Source: an uncultured Spirochaetota bacterium (GTDB lineage: Bacteria > Spirochaetota > Spirochaetia > SZUA-6 > Fen-1364). From it: a stretch of DNA of 64,000 nt. Below, piece by piece: positions 11,072 to 18,842 of this stretch. The translations under genes were made by a program, and so were the position numbers. How positions within the stretch are numbered: position 1 is the stretch's first letter; every line of letters starts with the position of its first letter. The stretch lies in NCBI GenBank assembly GCA_963820525.1, contig CAWGAA010000001.1:576001-640000 (forward strand), in the 5' to 3' direction. The notes beneath the pieces are model-generated. The model did no database searches and was not told the DNA's origin. It saw only the letters and a program-made list of their open reading frames with translations.

Positions 11072-12970
11072 GTGATCGATTCCAGCCAGAGGACGCAGGA
11101 GAGACGGCGTCTTGTGATCTTTGCCTGCTTCCTGGGGCTCTGCGCCGCGGCGCTGATCGTAAAGCTGGTCCAGCTCATGGTTGTCGTGCCCGCGCGCGAA
11201 GGCGAGCAGACGCTCGTCCTTCCCGACGTGGAGCGGGGCGCGATCCTGGACCGCCAGGGCCGAATTCTGGCGATAACCACCAAGGAACAGACCGTTTCCG
11301 CATGGGTGCCTTCCATCACGTCGCCGGCGGAGAGCGCCGAGCTCCTCTCCCGGGCCCTCGGCATGGATGCGGCTGAGATCAAGGACAATTGGCGGAAGCA
11401 CCCGGGGTACGCATTGGTGAAGCGCAAGGCGGCCCCGGCCGAAGCCGACGCCGTGCGGGCGCTCAAGGCGGAGGGGAAGCTTGCCGGCATCCGCCTGGAG
11501 GACGAGTACGGCCGCGCGTACCCCGAAGGGCGTCTCGCCTCCCATGTCGTGGGCTACGTCGGCGTGGACAATGTCGCGTGGGACGGGATCGAGTATACGC
11601 TCAACGACGATCTCGCCCCACAGCCCGTGGGCACCGAGCACGAGACCGTGTTCGGAAACCAGGTGTTCCTCACCATCGACGTGAACGCCCAGTATATCGT
11701 GGAGAAGGCGGCCCGCCAGGCAATGGAGGCCACCCGGGCCGACTCTTTGATGATCCTCGCGATGGACGCCAGGAGCGGGGAAATCCTCGCCTACAGCTCC
11801 CTTCCCGACTTCGATCCCAATGAGTTCCAGAAGGAATCGCCCCAGGTGGACAGGAACTCCCTCGTCAACAGGCCCGTCGCCCTCGCCTACGAGCCGGGCT
11901 CCGTCTTCAAGATCTTTACCATCTCGTCGCTTCTCGAGCTGGGGGCCATCACCCCCGAGTCCCATTTCTTCTGCCCCGGCTACTACGAAAAGAAGCTGCG
12001 GGACGGCAGCGTGATCAGGATCAGCTGCATCCGGGAGCATGGAGACGTGACCCCCCAAAAGATCCTCCAGTACTCATGCAATGCCGGGGCAGCGTATGCC
12101 TCCGAGACGGCGAACCCGGAGAGCTTCTCCCAGATGCTGGTGCGCTACGGCTTCGGCAAGCCCACGGGAATCCCCCTGCTCGGGGAAACCGCGGGGCTTC
12201 TGCGCAAGCCCTCGACCTGGTCTGCGCGTTCCAAGCCAACCATCGCCATTGGGCAGGAGGTGTCCGTGTCCGCCGTGCAGGTCCTTGCCGCCGCCACTGC
12301 GCTGGCCAACGGCGGGGTATTGTTGAAGCCCGCCATCGTCAAGAAGATCGTCTCCGCGGACGGAAGGACCATCAAAGAGTTCGGCCGCGAGCCGCTCTGG
12401 GAGGTGATATCACCCAACACGGCGCGGGAAGTATTGCAGATGATGGAGACGGCCACTTCCGCGGAGGGAACGGCGCGGCGCGCGGCGATCCCCGGCCTGC
12501 GGATCTCCGCCAAGACCGGCACGGCCCAGGTACTGAATACTGCGACGGGCAAATACTCGGAGAGCGACTTCATCGCCTCCATGATCGGCATCTTTCCCAC
12601 CGACGATCCGCGGCTGATCCTCTACGTCGTGATCCAGAACCCCAAGGGCGAGAGCTACTTGGGTTCCACCATCGCGGCTCCCGTATTCCGGCAGGCCGCC
12701 GTCGGCCTGGCCGACTACCTCGGCATCCCGCGGGAAGGCTCCAATGTCGCCTCGCACCCCGGCGAAATCGAGGTGCGGCTTTCCAAAAAGATCGAGATCT
12801 CCTCCGTCATGCCGGATCTCATGGGAACCCCCAAGAAGCTTCTCCTGCCGCTGCTCGTGAGGGACGACATCTCCGTCACGATAACGGGAAGCGGGTACGT
12901 CGTGCGTCAGGAGCCGCCCGCCGGAACGAAGATCGAGAAGGGGTCGAAGATCGTGCTGGAGCTGCAGTGA
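11072..12970 (+). CDS. ftsI: Class B penicillin-binding protein (FtsI/PBP3-like) with C-terminal PASTA-like domain
   Basis: RGAILDR, YEPGSVFK (SxxK), SCN (SxN), KTGT. Confidence 0.88.
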   Translation: MIDSSQRTQERRRLVIFACFLGLCAAALIVKLVQLMVVVPAREGEQTLVLPDVERGAILDRQGRILAITTKEQTVSAWVPSITSPAESAELLSRALGMDAAEIKDNWRKHPGYALVKRKAAPAEADAVRALKAEGKLAGIRLEDEYGRAYPEGRLASHVVGYVGVDNVAWDGIEYTLNDDLAPQPVGTEHETVFGNQVFLTIDVNAQYIVEKAARQAMEATRADSLMILAMDARSGEILAYSSLPDFDPNEFQKESPQVDRNSLVNRPVALAYEPGSVFKIFTISSLLELGAITPESHFFCPGYYEKKLRDGSVIRISCIREHGDVTPQKILQYSCNAGAAYASETANPESFSQMLVRYGFGKPTGIPLLGETAGLLRKPSTWSARSKPTIAIGQEVSVSAVQVLAAATALANGGVLLKPAIVKKIVSADGRTIKEFGREPLWEVISPNTAREVLQMMETATSAEGTARRAAIPGLRISAKTGTAQVLNTATGKYSESDFIASMIGIFPTDDPRLILYVVIQNPKGESYLGSTIAAPVFRQAAVGLADYLGIPREGSNVASHPGEIEVRLSKKIEISSVMPDLMGTPKKLLLPLLVRDDISVTITGSGYVVRQEPPAGTKIEKGSKIVLELQ

Positions 12971-14802
12971 CGGTTTTCGAGGCGAACGCGAAGGCCATTC
13001 TCTCCCGTCATCCCTCCTTCCCTCCCTCGGTTCTTGAACCGCCGGGCAAAGAAGGCGAAGGGGTCATCACCCTGGCTCCGACGCCGTCGGGGCTTCCGAC
13101 AGCCATGCTGGGAGGAACCTACATCCACAGCCGCTACGATCCGCGAAAGGAGGCGGCGGCGCAGATCGCCTCTGACGCCGGCGGGCAGCCAACGGCGTGC
13201 CTCATACTCGGCTTTGGGCTGGGGTATGCGGCTGAAGAGCTGGCGAGGCGATTCCCGTCTGCTGAGATCGTGGTGGTCGAGCCGGACCCCGCGTTCTTCC
13301 GGGCTGCCCTTGCCGCGCGGGATCTCTCCGGCCTGTTCTCATCTCCCCGGCTGCGCCTCCTGGTCGCAGAGAAGCCGGAGAAGCTCTCCTCCGTGCTCGA
13401 GGATCTTCCCCTGGCCGCATTGCGGATCATCAAGCTGCGGGCCGAGACGGGAAAGAACCCCGAGTATTTCGACGCGGCGGAGCAGATAGCGCACGCCTTC
13501 CTGCTTCGTAAGGACATCAACGTCAACACCCTGAACCGCTTCGGAAGGCTCTGGGTCCGCAACCTCGCCTCCAACATCCGCGCCTTCCTCGATTCACCCG
13601 GCGTCGCGCTGTTCGCCGGGCTTTTCGAGGGCATTCCCGCGCTGCTCCTTGCCGGCGGTCCCTCCTTCGACACGGTGAAGCCCCACCTCGCGGCGCTCTC
13701 CCAGAGGATGCTCGTCGTGGCAGTGGAGACGCCCTTGAGGCCGTGTCTGGAGGCAGGCGTCAGTCCCGACTTCGTCGTCATGGTTGACCCCCAGTACTGG
13801 GCCACTCGCTACCTCGACTGGACCGACAGCTACGATGGGTTCGTGGTCGCCGAGCCCTCCACACATCCCCGGACGTTCCGCAGTGCCGGCCGCCGCTTCA
13901 TTTTCGCAAGCTCACTCTTCCCCCTGGGCGCGCGGCTGGAGTCCCTTATCGGCGAAAAGGGAAAGCTGGGCGCAGGCGGATCCGTCTCGACCTCCGCCTG
14001 GGACCTGTGCAGGCTGCTGGGGGCAGGCCCCGTCTACACGGCCGGCCTCGATCTGGGCTTCCCCGGCCGCCGGACGCACTGCGCCGGCGCCTTCTTCGAG
14101 GAGCGGTGGTTCACCCTCCACTCGAGGCTCTCTCCGGCGGAAGACCGCTCGTTTCGCTACCTGCGCGAGATCGGGGTCTTCCCCATGCCGTCAAACGACG
14201 GCGGGCGGACTCTCACGGACCGCAGGATGCTCCTCTATAAGTGGTGGTTCGAGAGCCAGCTTGCGGGCGCGCGGCAGAAGACCTCAAGCCTTGCCGAAAG
14301 GGCCGTTTCCATAGAGGGGATGCCGCTGGCCCCTCGTGAAGAGGCGCTGTCTCTTCCCGTGGTCCGCGGCGAGATCGACGCCCGCATGACAAAGGCGCGC
14401 CTCATCGCCGACGCGTTTGGCAGGGACCGCGCCGCCGCCCTCGAAGCGCTTGACGGCGCCCTTTCCGACATCCTTGACGGCCTGGCAAAGCTCGAAGCCC
14501 TGGCTCGCAGGGGCATTTCCGAGGTCAGGGCGCTCAGCCGGGCCGTCGCGTCCGGCGCGAACCGCGCCCCGTTTATCGCCCGCCTCGACGGCATCGACAA
14601 GCGGATTCTCGAGCTTTCCTCGCGGGACATTGTCGGCTTTCTCATCCAGCCCCTCATCCATCGGATCGTGGACTCGGCCCCGGCCTCCCACCCGGAAGCA
14701 TCCGTTCTCGAGGCGAGCGAGCATATCTACCGCGGGATCCTGGATTCGGCGCGTTTCCACGCCGCCACGCTCGGCGTTGCCCGCGCAAAGCTCCGGGGAT
14801 AA
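12967..14802 (+). CDS. Motility-associated factor (Maf/DUF115) family flagellin glycosyltransferase
   Basis: GTG start overlapping the PBP stop (GTGA); IHSRYDP, GFGLGY, AGGPSF, GGSVST, GLDLGF motifs. Confidence 0.8.
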   Translation: MTVFEANAKAILSRHPSFPPSVLEPPGKEGEGVITLAPTPSGLPTAMLGGTYIHSRYDPRKEAAAQIASDAGGQPTACLILGFGLGYAAEELARRFPSAEIVVVEPDPAFFRAALAARDLSGLFSSPRLRLLVAEKPEKLSSVLEDLPLAALRIIKLRAETGKNPEYFDAAEQIAHAFLLRKDINVNTLNRFGRLWVRNLASNIRAFLDSPGVALFAGLFEGIPALLLAGGPSFDTVKPHLAALSQRMLVVAVETPLRPCLEAGVSPDFVVMVDPQYWATRYLDWTDSYDGFVVAEPSTHPRTFRSAGRRFIFASSLFPLGARLESLIGEKGKLGAGGSVSTSAWDLCRLLGAGPVYTAGLDLGFPGRRTHCAGAFFEERWFTLHSRLSPAEDRSFRYLREIGVFPMPSNDGGRTLTDRRMLLYKWWFESQLAGARQKTSSLAERAVSIEGMPLAPREEALSLPVVRGEIDARMTKARLIADAFGRDRAAALEALDGALSDILDGLAKLEALARRGISEVRALSRAVASGANRAPFIARLDGIDKRILELSSRDIVGFLIQPLIHRIVDSAPASHPEASVLEASEHIYRGILDSARFHAATLGVARAKLRG

Positions 14803-14832
14803 AGCGCGCGAGCGCCTTTTTGAGTTTTCTGC

Positions 14833-14860
14833 TCAACCTTTTGGCGCGGCGGGCCGAAGT
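14833..14860 (+). promoter_or_regulatory. sigma28 (FliA)-type promoter
   Basis: TCAA-16bp-GCCGAAGT, same geometry as the flgB promoter in this window. Confidence 0.5.
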
Positions 14861-14864
14861 ATTG

Positions 14865-14933
14865 TGTGAGGATTTAATCCTCTTACGATAAACACGGTAT
14901 GCTCAATGACGTCCAGGCATACCGTTTTTTTTT
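14865..14933 (+). ncRNA. Candidate FliA-dependent small RNA (~68 nt)
   Basis: AT-rich segment between a sigma28-like promoter and an intrinsic terminator; 5' hairpin GAGGAT-TTA-ATCCTC; no credible ORF. Confidence 0.4.
14894..14933 (+). terminator. Rho-independent terminator (possibly bidirectional)
   Basis: Stem ACGGTATGC / GCATACCGT followed by a run of 9 T. Confidence 0.8.
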
Positions 14934-15031
14934 GCTTTAAGAGCGGCATGCATCGGGAGCGCCGATGTATGGTGCGTCGAGGCACCGCTTCGCCTCAGCG
15001 TCGGCGCCGGACGGCAACCAGCGGGATACCG

Positions 15032-15397
15032 CTACCTCTTGAGGGCCTTCTCGATAGCGGAAAGGATCCTTTCGGGCTTGAAGGGCTTCACGATGAAATC
15101 CCTCACCCCGGCCTTTATCGCCTCCACGATGAGGTTCTGCTGGCCGAGGGCCGAGCACATGATGACCCGCGCCTTGGGATCGATCTCGAAGATCTTCCTC
15201 ATCGCCTCCAGGCCGTTCATGTTCGGCATCGTGATGTCCAGCACGACGAGGTCGGGGCGGAGCGCTCTGTACCTCTCCACGGCCTGGATTCCGTCGCTCG
15301 CCTCGCCCACCACGATGTAGCCTCGCTCGCTCAAGATCTCTCGCTGGATCATCCGCATGAAGGACAGGTCGTCCGCAATGAGGATTTTCACGCCCAT
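15032..15397 (-). CDS. cheY: Chemotaxis response regulator CheY
   Basis: Single receiver domain: IADD, LDITMP, MCSALG, VKPF. Confidence 0.9.
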   Translation of the reverse strand: MGVKILIADDLSFMRMIQREILSERGYIVVGEASDGIQAVERYRALRPDLVVLDITMPNMNGLEAMRKIFEIDPKARVIMCSALGQQNLIVEAIKAGVRDFIVKPFKPERILSAIEKALKR

Positions 15398-15408
15398 GGT
15401 GCCTTCCT

Positions 15409-17439
15409 TCAGAGGGTTCCCCCCTGTACGAATGAGGTGTCGAGAATGAAGACGGGAGTGCCGTCTTCGAGCACCGAGATTCCGGAAAACCGTTTCTCTC
15501 CATTGAGCAGGTCGTCGATGGGCTTGATCACGAGCTCCTGTTCTTCCAGAAGCTCGTCCACCACGAGACCGGCCCTGTCCGCACCGTAGCTCAGGATCAC
15601 GGTGAAATACTCCTCAGCCCTGGGCAGGCCCTTTCCCTGGATGCCGCCGAGATAGAACAGGGGGATCTCCTCCCCCGTCCAGATACAGGTCCTGCGTCCC
15701 TCCTCGCCCCGGATCTCCGTATTGAGCACCTTCAACGTCGACTCCACCGCGGAAAGCGGCAGCGCGTAGACGATGTTCTCCGCGCGAACCAGCAGGGCGT
15801 TCGTGATGGAAAACGTGAGAGGGAGGAGGAGCGTGATGAGAGTTCCCTCCCCGGCCACGGTGCTCACCGTCACGTCGCCCTTGAGGTCTCCCCGGATCCG
15901 CGTGGCCACGACGTCCATGCCGACTCCGCGGCCGGAAAGATCCGTCACCACGTCGCGGGTGCTGAAACCGGGAAGGAAAATGAGGTCCACGAGCTGCCCT
16001 TCATCCATCTCCGCCGCGCCGGGAACTCCCAGCGCCAGCGCCTTGGACCGCACGCGCTCAAGGTCTATCCCCTTTCCGTCGTCCTCCAGCTCGATCACGA
16101 TGCCCCCGCCCTGCTGGTAGGCGGAGACACGAACCCTTCCCTTTTCCGGCTTTCCCAGCCGTACGCGCTCCTCGGGGAACTCGATGCCGTGATCTATCGA
16201 GTTCCTGATGATATGGGTGAGCGGGTCGGAAAGGGCCTCCACGATTCCCCGGTCTATCTCCGTCTCCTCTCCCGACACGGCAAGCTCTATCGCTTTTCCC
16301 AGCTTTCGGGAGAGATCGCGCACCAGGCGCGGAAACTTGTTGAAGATGATGGAGATGGGGATCATCCGCGTCTCCATCATGACCTGCTGCATGCTGTTGG
16401 AGATCTTGTCCAGAGAGTCGAAGCTCTCCCCCAAATCCTCCCGGACGGCTTGCGGATCCGCGCTCCGCGCAAACCTGTCGTAGATCCGCGAGATGTGCGC
16501 CTTCTGCTGGATGAGCTCGGCGATGAGGATCCACAGGTCGTCGAGCTTCTTCGTATCGACACGAATCGTGGTCTTTTCTCCCGAAGGCTTCTTCGGCGCA
16601 TCGGCGGGCTCCGCGCCCGCAGCCTGCCGCGCCGACGAGGGGGCTCCCGAGCCCCGCCGGGACGGCGCAAGGTATTCCTCGATGCGCAGGCGCTCGATCT
16701 CCGCGCATGCCTGGTCGATTTCGACCGCCGCGCGTATGACGGACTCCGCCTCATGCGTGGTGAGGTAGATCTCCGTCCGGGCGTACAGGGAATCCTCCGC
16801 CGTCTCTCCCTCCATGGGGGGCACCACTTTCACGACGTTGGATGCAAGCTCGAGGTTCACGAACGCGAGGTACGCCCTGGCGAACTTCATCGGCTCGCTC
16901 TCGTCCACCGTGATGACGAGCCTGTAGAGGCGCTCGCCCCTGTCGCGAGCCTCGGCCAATCTGCGGCGCTCCAGATCGCCCAGCATCACGGGCTGCCTCG
17001 CCGCCCTCGCTTCGACGCCGCGGGGCTCCTCGGCCGGCGGGGCCCCCTCCGCTTCGAGCCCCAGGCCCTTCTCTACCGTCGTGGTGTCGAACTGAGCGTC
17101 ACCGGCTCCCCGCTCGACTGCGACAAGCATCTCCGCCAGCAGGTCGGAGCCGGCGAACACCGCCTCCAACCGGCTCTTGTCCAGCGTGGCGCTTCCATCG
17201 CGCACCATTCCGAGGACATCCTCCATCTTGTGGGCGAGATTGGAGAACACGGCGTAGCCGAGAACGGCGGATTCCGACTTCAGGGAATGGATCAGGCGGA
17301 AGACCTCGTTCACGAGCTCGCGGTTGTCCCTCTCCTTTTCCAGGAGGAGCAGCGATGTGCTGAGCTTCTGGACCAGATCGTCCGCGTCCTCCAGGAACGC
17401 GTGCCGCAGCTTGTTCTCGTCGATGCCCGTCGTCGCCAT
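15409..17439 (-). CDS. cheA: Chemotaxis histidine kinase CheA
   Basis: HPt HSLKS, IRVD, RNSIDHGIE, DDGKGI, FLPGFST, SGRGVGMDVV, C-terminal CheW-like domain. Confidence 0.95.
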   Translation of the reverse strand: MATTGIDENKLRHAFLEDADDLVQKLSTSLLLLEKERDNRELVNEVFRLIHSLKSESAVLGYAVFSNLAHKMEDVLGMVRDGSATLDKSRLEAVFAGSDLLAEMLVAVERGAGDAQFDTTTVEKGLGLEAEGAPPAEEPRGVEARAARQPVMLGDLERRRLAEARDRGERLYRLVITVDESEPMKFARAYLAFVNLELASNVVKVVPPMEGETAEDSLYARTEIYLTTHEAESVIRAAVEIDQACAEIERLRIEEYLAPSRRGSGAPSSARQAAGAEPADAPKKPSGEKTTIRVDTKKLDDLWILIAELIQQKAHISRIYDRFARSADPQAVREDLGESFDSLDKISNSMQQVMMETRMIPISIIFNKFPRLVRDLSRKLGKAIELAVSGEETEIDRGIVEALSDPLTHIIRNSIDHGIEFPEERVRLGKPEKGRVRVSAYQQGGGIVIELEDDGKGIDLERVRSKALALGVPGAAEMDEGQLVDLIFLPGFSTRDVVTDLSGRGVGMDVVATRIRGDLKGDVTVSTVAGEGTLITLLLPLTFSITNALLVRAENIVYALPLSAVESTLKVLNTEIRGEEGRRTCIWTGEEIPLFYLGGIQGKGLPRAEEYFTVILSYGADRAGLVVDELLEEQELVIKPIDDLLNGEKRFSGISVLEDGTPVFILDTSFVQGGTL

Positions 17440-17451
17440 GGCCTCAATGCT

Positions 17452-17928
17452 TCATTGCGCGGAGAGCTCTTCTCCGCCGTGCTCGCCGGAGGAGATGACC
17501 GCGGCTCTGCCGCCCGCGAAGATCCCCTCCAGATCGAGAATGAAAAAGACGCTGTCGGCTCGCCGCGCAGCGCCGCAGAGCAGCGCGGGACTCACCCCGG
17601 GGAGCGTCACCCTCTCGGGGTCGAGGGATTCCTCCTCGAGCTCGAGGACCTCCCGCACCTCGTCCACGAGCAGCCCGTAGGCCCGCTTGCCGAACTGGAC
17701 CACCACGATGCGGCTCTTCCGCCGCCCTCCCTCCTCGGGCAGCCCGAGACGCGCCCGCAGGTCCACGACGGGAATCACTTCCCCCCGCAGGCTGATGACC
17801 CCCTTCACGAAGTGCTCCGCCCGGGGCGCAGGCAGGATGCTCTGCTGCCTGAATATTTGAAGCACGTTGTCCACGGGCACGCAATAGCCGGCGCTGCCCA
17901 GGAAAAACGAGACAAAGAGCCTGCCCAC
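17452..17928 (-). CDS. cheW: Chemotaxis adaptor CheW
   Basis: GVISLRGEVIPVVDLR, GLLVDEVREV. Confidence 0.9.
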   Translation of the reverse strand: MGRLFVSFFLGSAGYCVPVDNVLQIFRQQSILPAPRAEHFVKGVISLRGEVIPVVDLRARLGLPEEGGRRKSRIVVVQFGKRAYGLLVDEVREVLELEEESLDPERVTLPGVSPALLCGAARRADSVFFILDLEGIFAGGRAAVISSGEHGGEELSAQ

Positions 17929-17958
17929 CAGCCTACCTCGCGTGCAAGAACGCCGCGC

Positions 17959-18516
17959 TCATGCCGATCCCTTTCTCCGCTCCAGGGAGATGATGAGCTC
18001 CACCTCTCCCAGGGGAGCTCCCACCCGGGATGCTATCAGGGAAGCCGAGAAGCCGGCCCGATGCAGGGCAATGACCTGCTGCCTGACGTCGAGGGCCTCA
18101 GTCCTGCCCGCCCCCATGAAATCCGGCTCCCCGGGCGCCTCGGGGGCGGTCCGCGCCTTGGCCTCAGGCCGCGCGGGGGCCCCCGGCCGGGATGGAGCCT
18201 CCGGCCGCGAGTCGATGATCCTGCCGTAGACCTGAGCCCCCATGTCGTGCTTCTCGCTCTCCCTCCGCAACAGGCCCATTTTCTTGTCCGCCTTCGACAG
18301 GAGCTCGGCAAGGCCGGCTATCCGATCCTCCAGGAGCGCCACGTTCCTGTCCGCGGTCTGGTTCAGCTCGACAATAAGCCGGTTCACCTCTTCGCGCACC
18401 TCGCTCACCGCCGCTTGCGCCGAGGAGGCTCGCCTCACCTTCTCCCTGAGGAGGAGGTACACGACGAGGTAGCCGATGAGGTTGACGGCAATGAGAACGA
18501 GGAGCGTCGTTACCAT
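17959..18516 (-). CDS. Membrane-anchored coiled-coil protein with C-terminal HTH-like tail (SwrB/DUF6115-like)
   Basis: N-terminal TM, coiled coil, GFSASLIASRVGAPLGEVELIISL; located after fliA-fapA. Confidence 0.7.
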   Translation of the reverse strand: MVTTLLVLIAVNLIGYLVVYLLLREKVRRASSAQAAVSEVREEVNRLIVELNQTADRNVALLEDRIAGLAELLSKADKKMGLLRRESEKHDMGAQVYGRIIDSRPEAPSRPGAPARPEAKARTAPEAPGEPDFMGAGRTEALDVRQQVIALHRAGFSASLIASRVGAPLGEVELIISLERRKGSA

Positions 18517-18518
18517 GG

Positions 18519-18839
18519 TCAGCCGGAGATATCGATGCGCGAGCCGAGATTCGGATCCCGGAAAACGTCTTTCTTCTGGGCCGGGGACTTCTTCTCCTTC
18601 GCGGAAGCCTTCCGCCTGCCCTGCCTTTCCCTTCGACCCTTCTGGCGAACCTGTTCCGGCCCCTCCTCCTGACGCGCCGTCTCGTTCACCTTGTTGTCCT
18701 GCTCATCGGTCTTTCGGGCGATCTGCGAGCCCTGGCCCGCCTGCGAGCTGGCGATGAGCTCCTTCTGCACGGACTGCTCCTTGCCCACCTGATACTGCTG
18801 CGTGAAGAGGGTCTGCAGGTCGATGGGGAGAAGCGGCAT
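18519..18839 (-). CDS. Hypothetical flagellar-operon protein
   Basis: MPLLPIDLQ...DPNLGSRIDISG; tightly packed in the operon. Confidence 0.75.
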   Translation of the reverse strand: MPLLPIDLQTLFTQQYQVGKEQSVQKELIASSQAGQGSQIARKTDEQDNKVNETARQEEGPEQVRQKGRRERQGRRKASAKEKKSPAQKKDVFRDPNLGSRIDISG

Positions 18840-18842
18840 GTG

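Noticed and set aside
12076..12966. Apparent 297-aa N-terminal extension of the Maf ORF (908 aa)
   Set aside because: It overlaps the PBP gene out of frame and is Arg/Gly-rich junk. The real start is the GTG at 12967.
14906..15589. 227-aa + strand ORF starting within the terminator hairpin
   Set aside because: It has no SD, crosses the T9 terminator and runs antisense to cheY/cheA.
16189..18672. 827-aa + strand ORF, and similar long ORFs such as 22413-24569, 49813-51930, 4749-6251 and 52667-54187
   Set aside because: Antisense shadows of well-supported genes. High GC3 suppresses stops on the opposite strand, and the products have no recognisable motifs.
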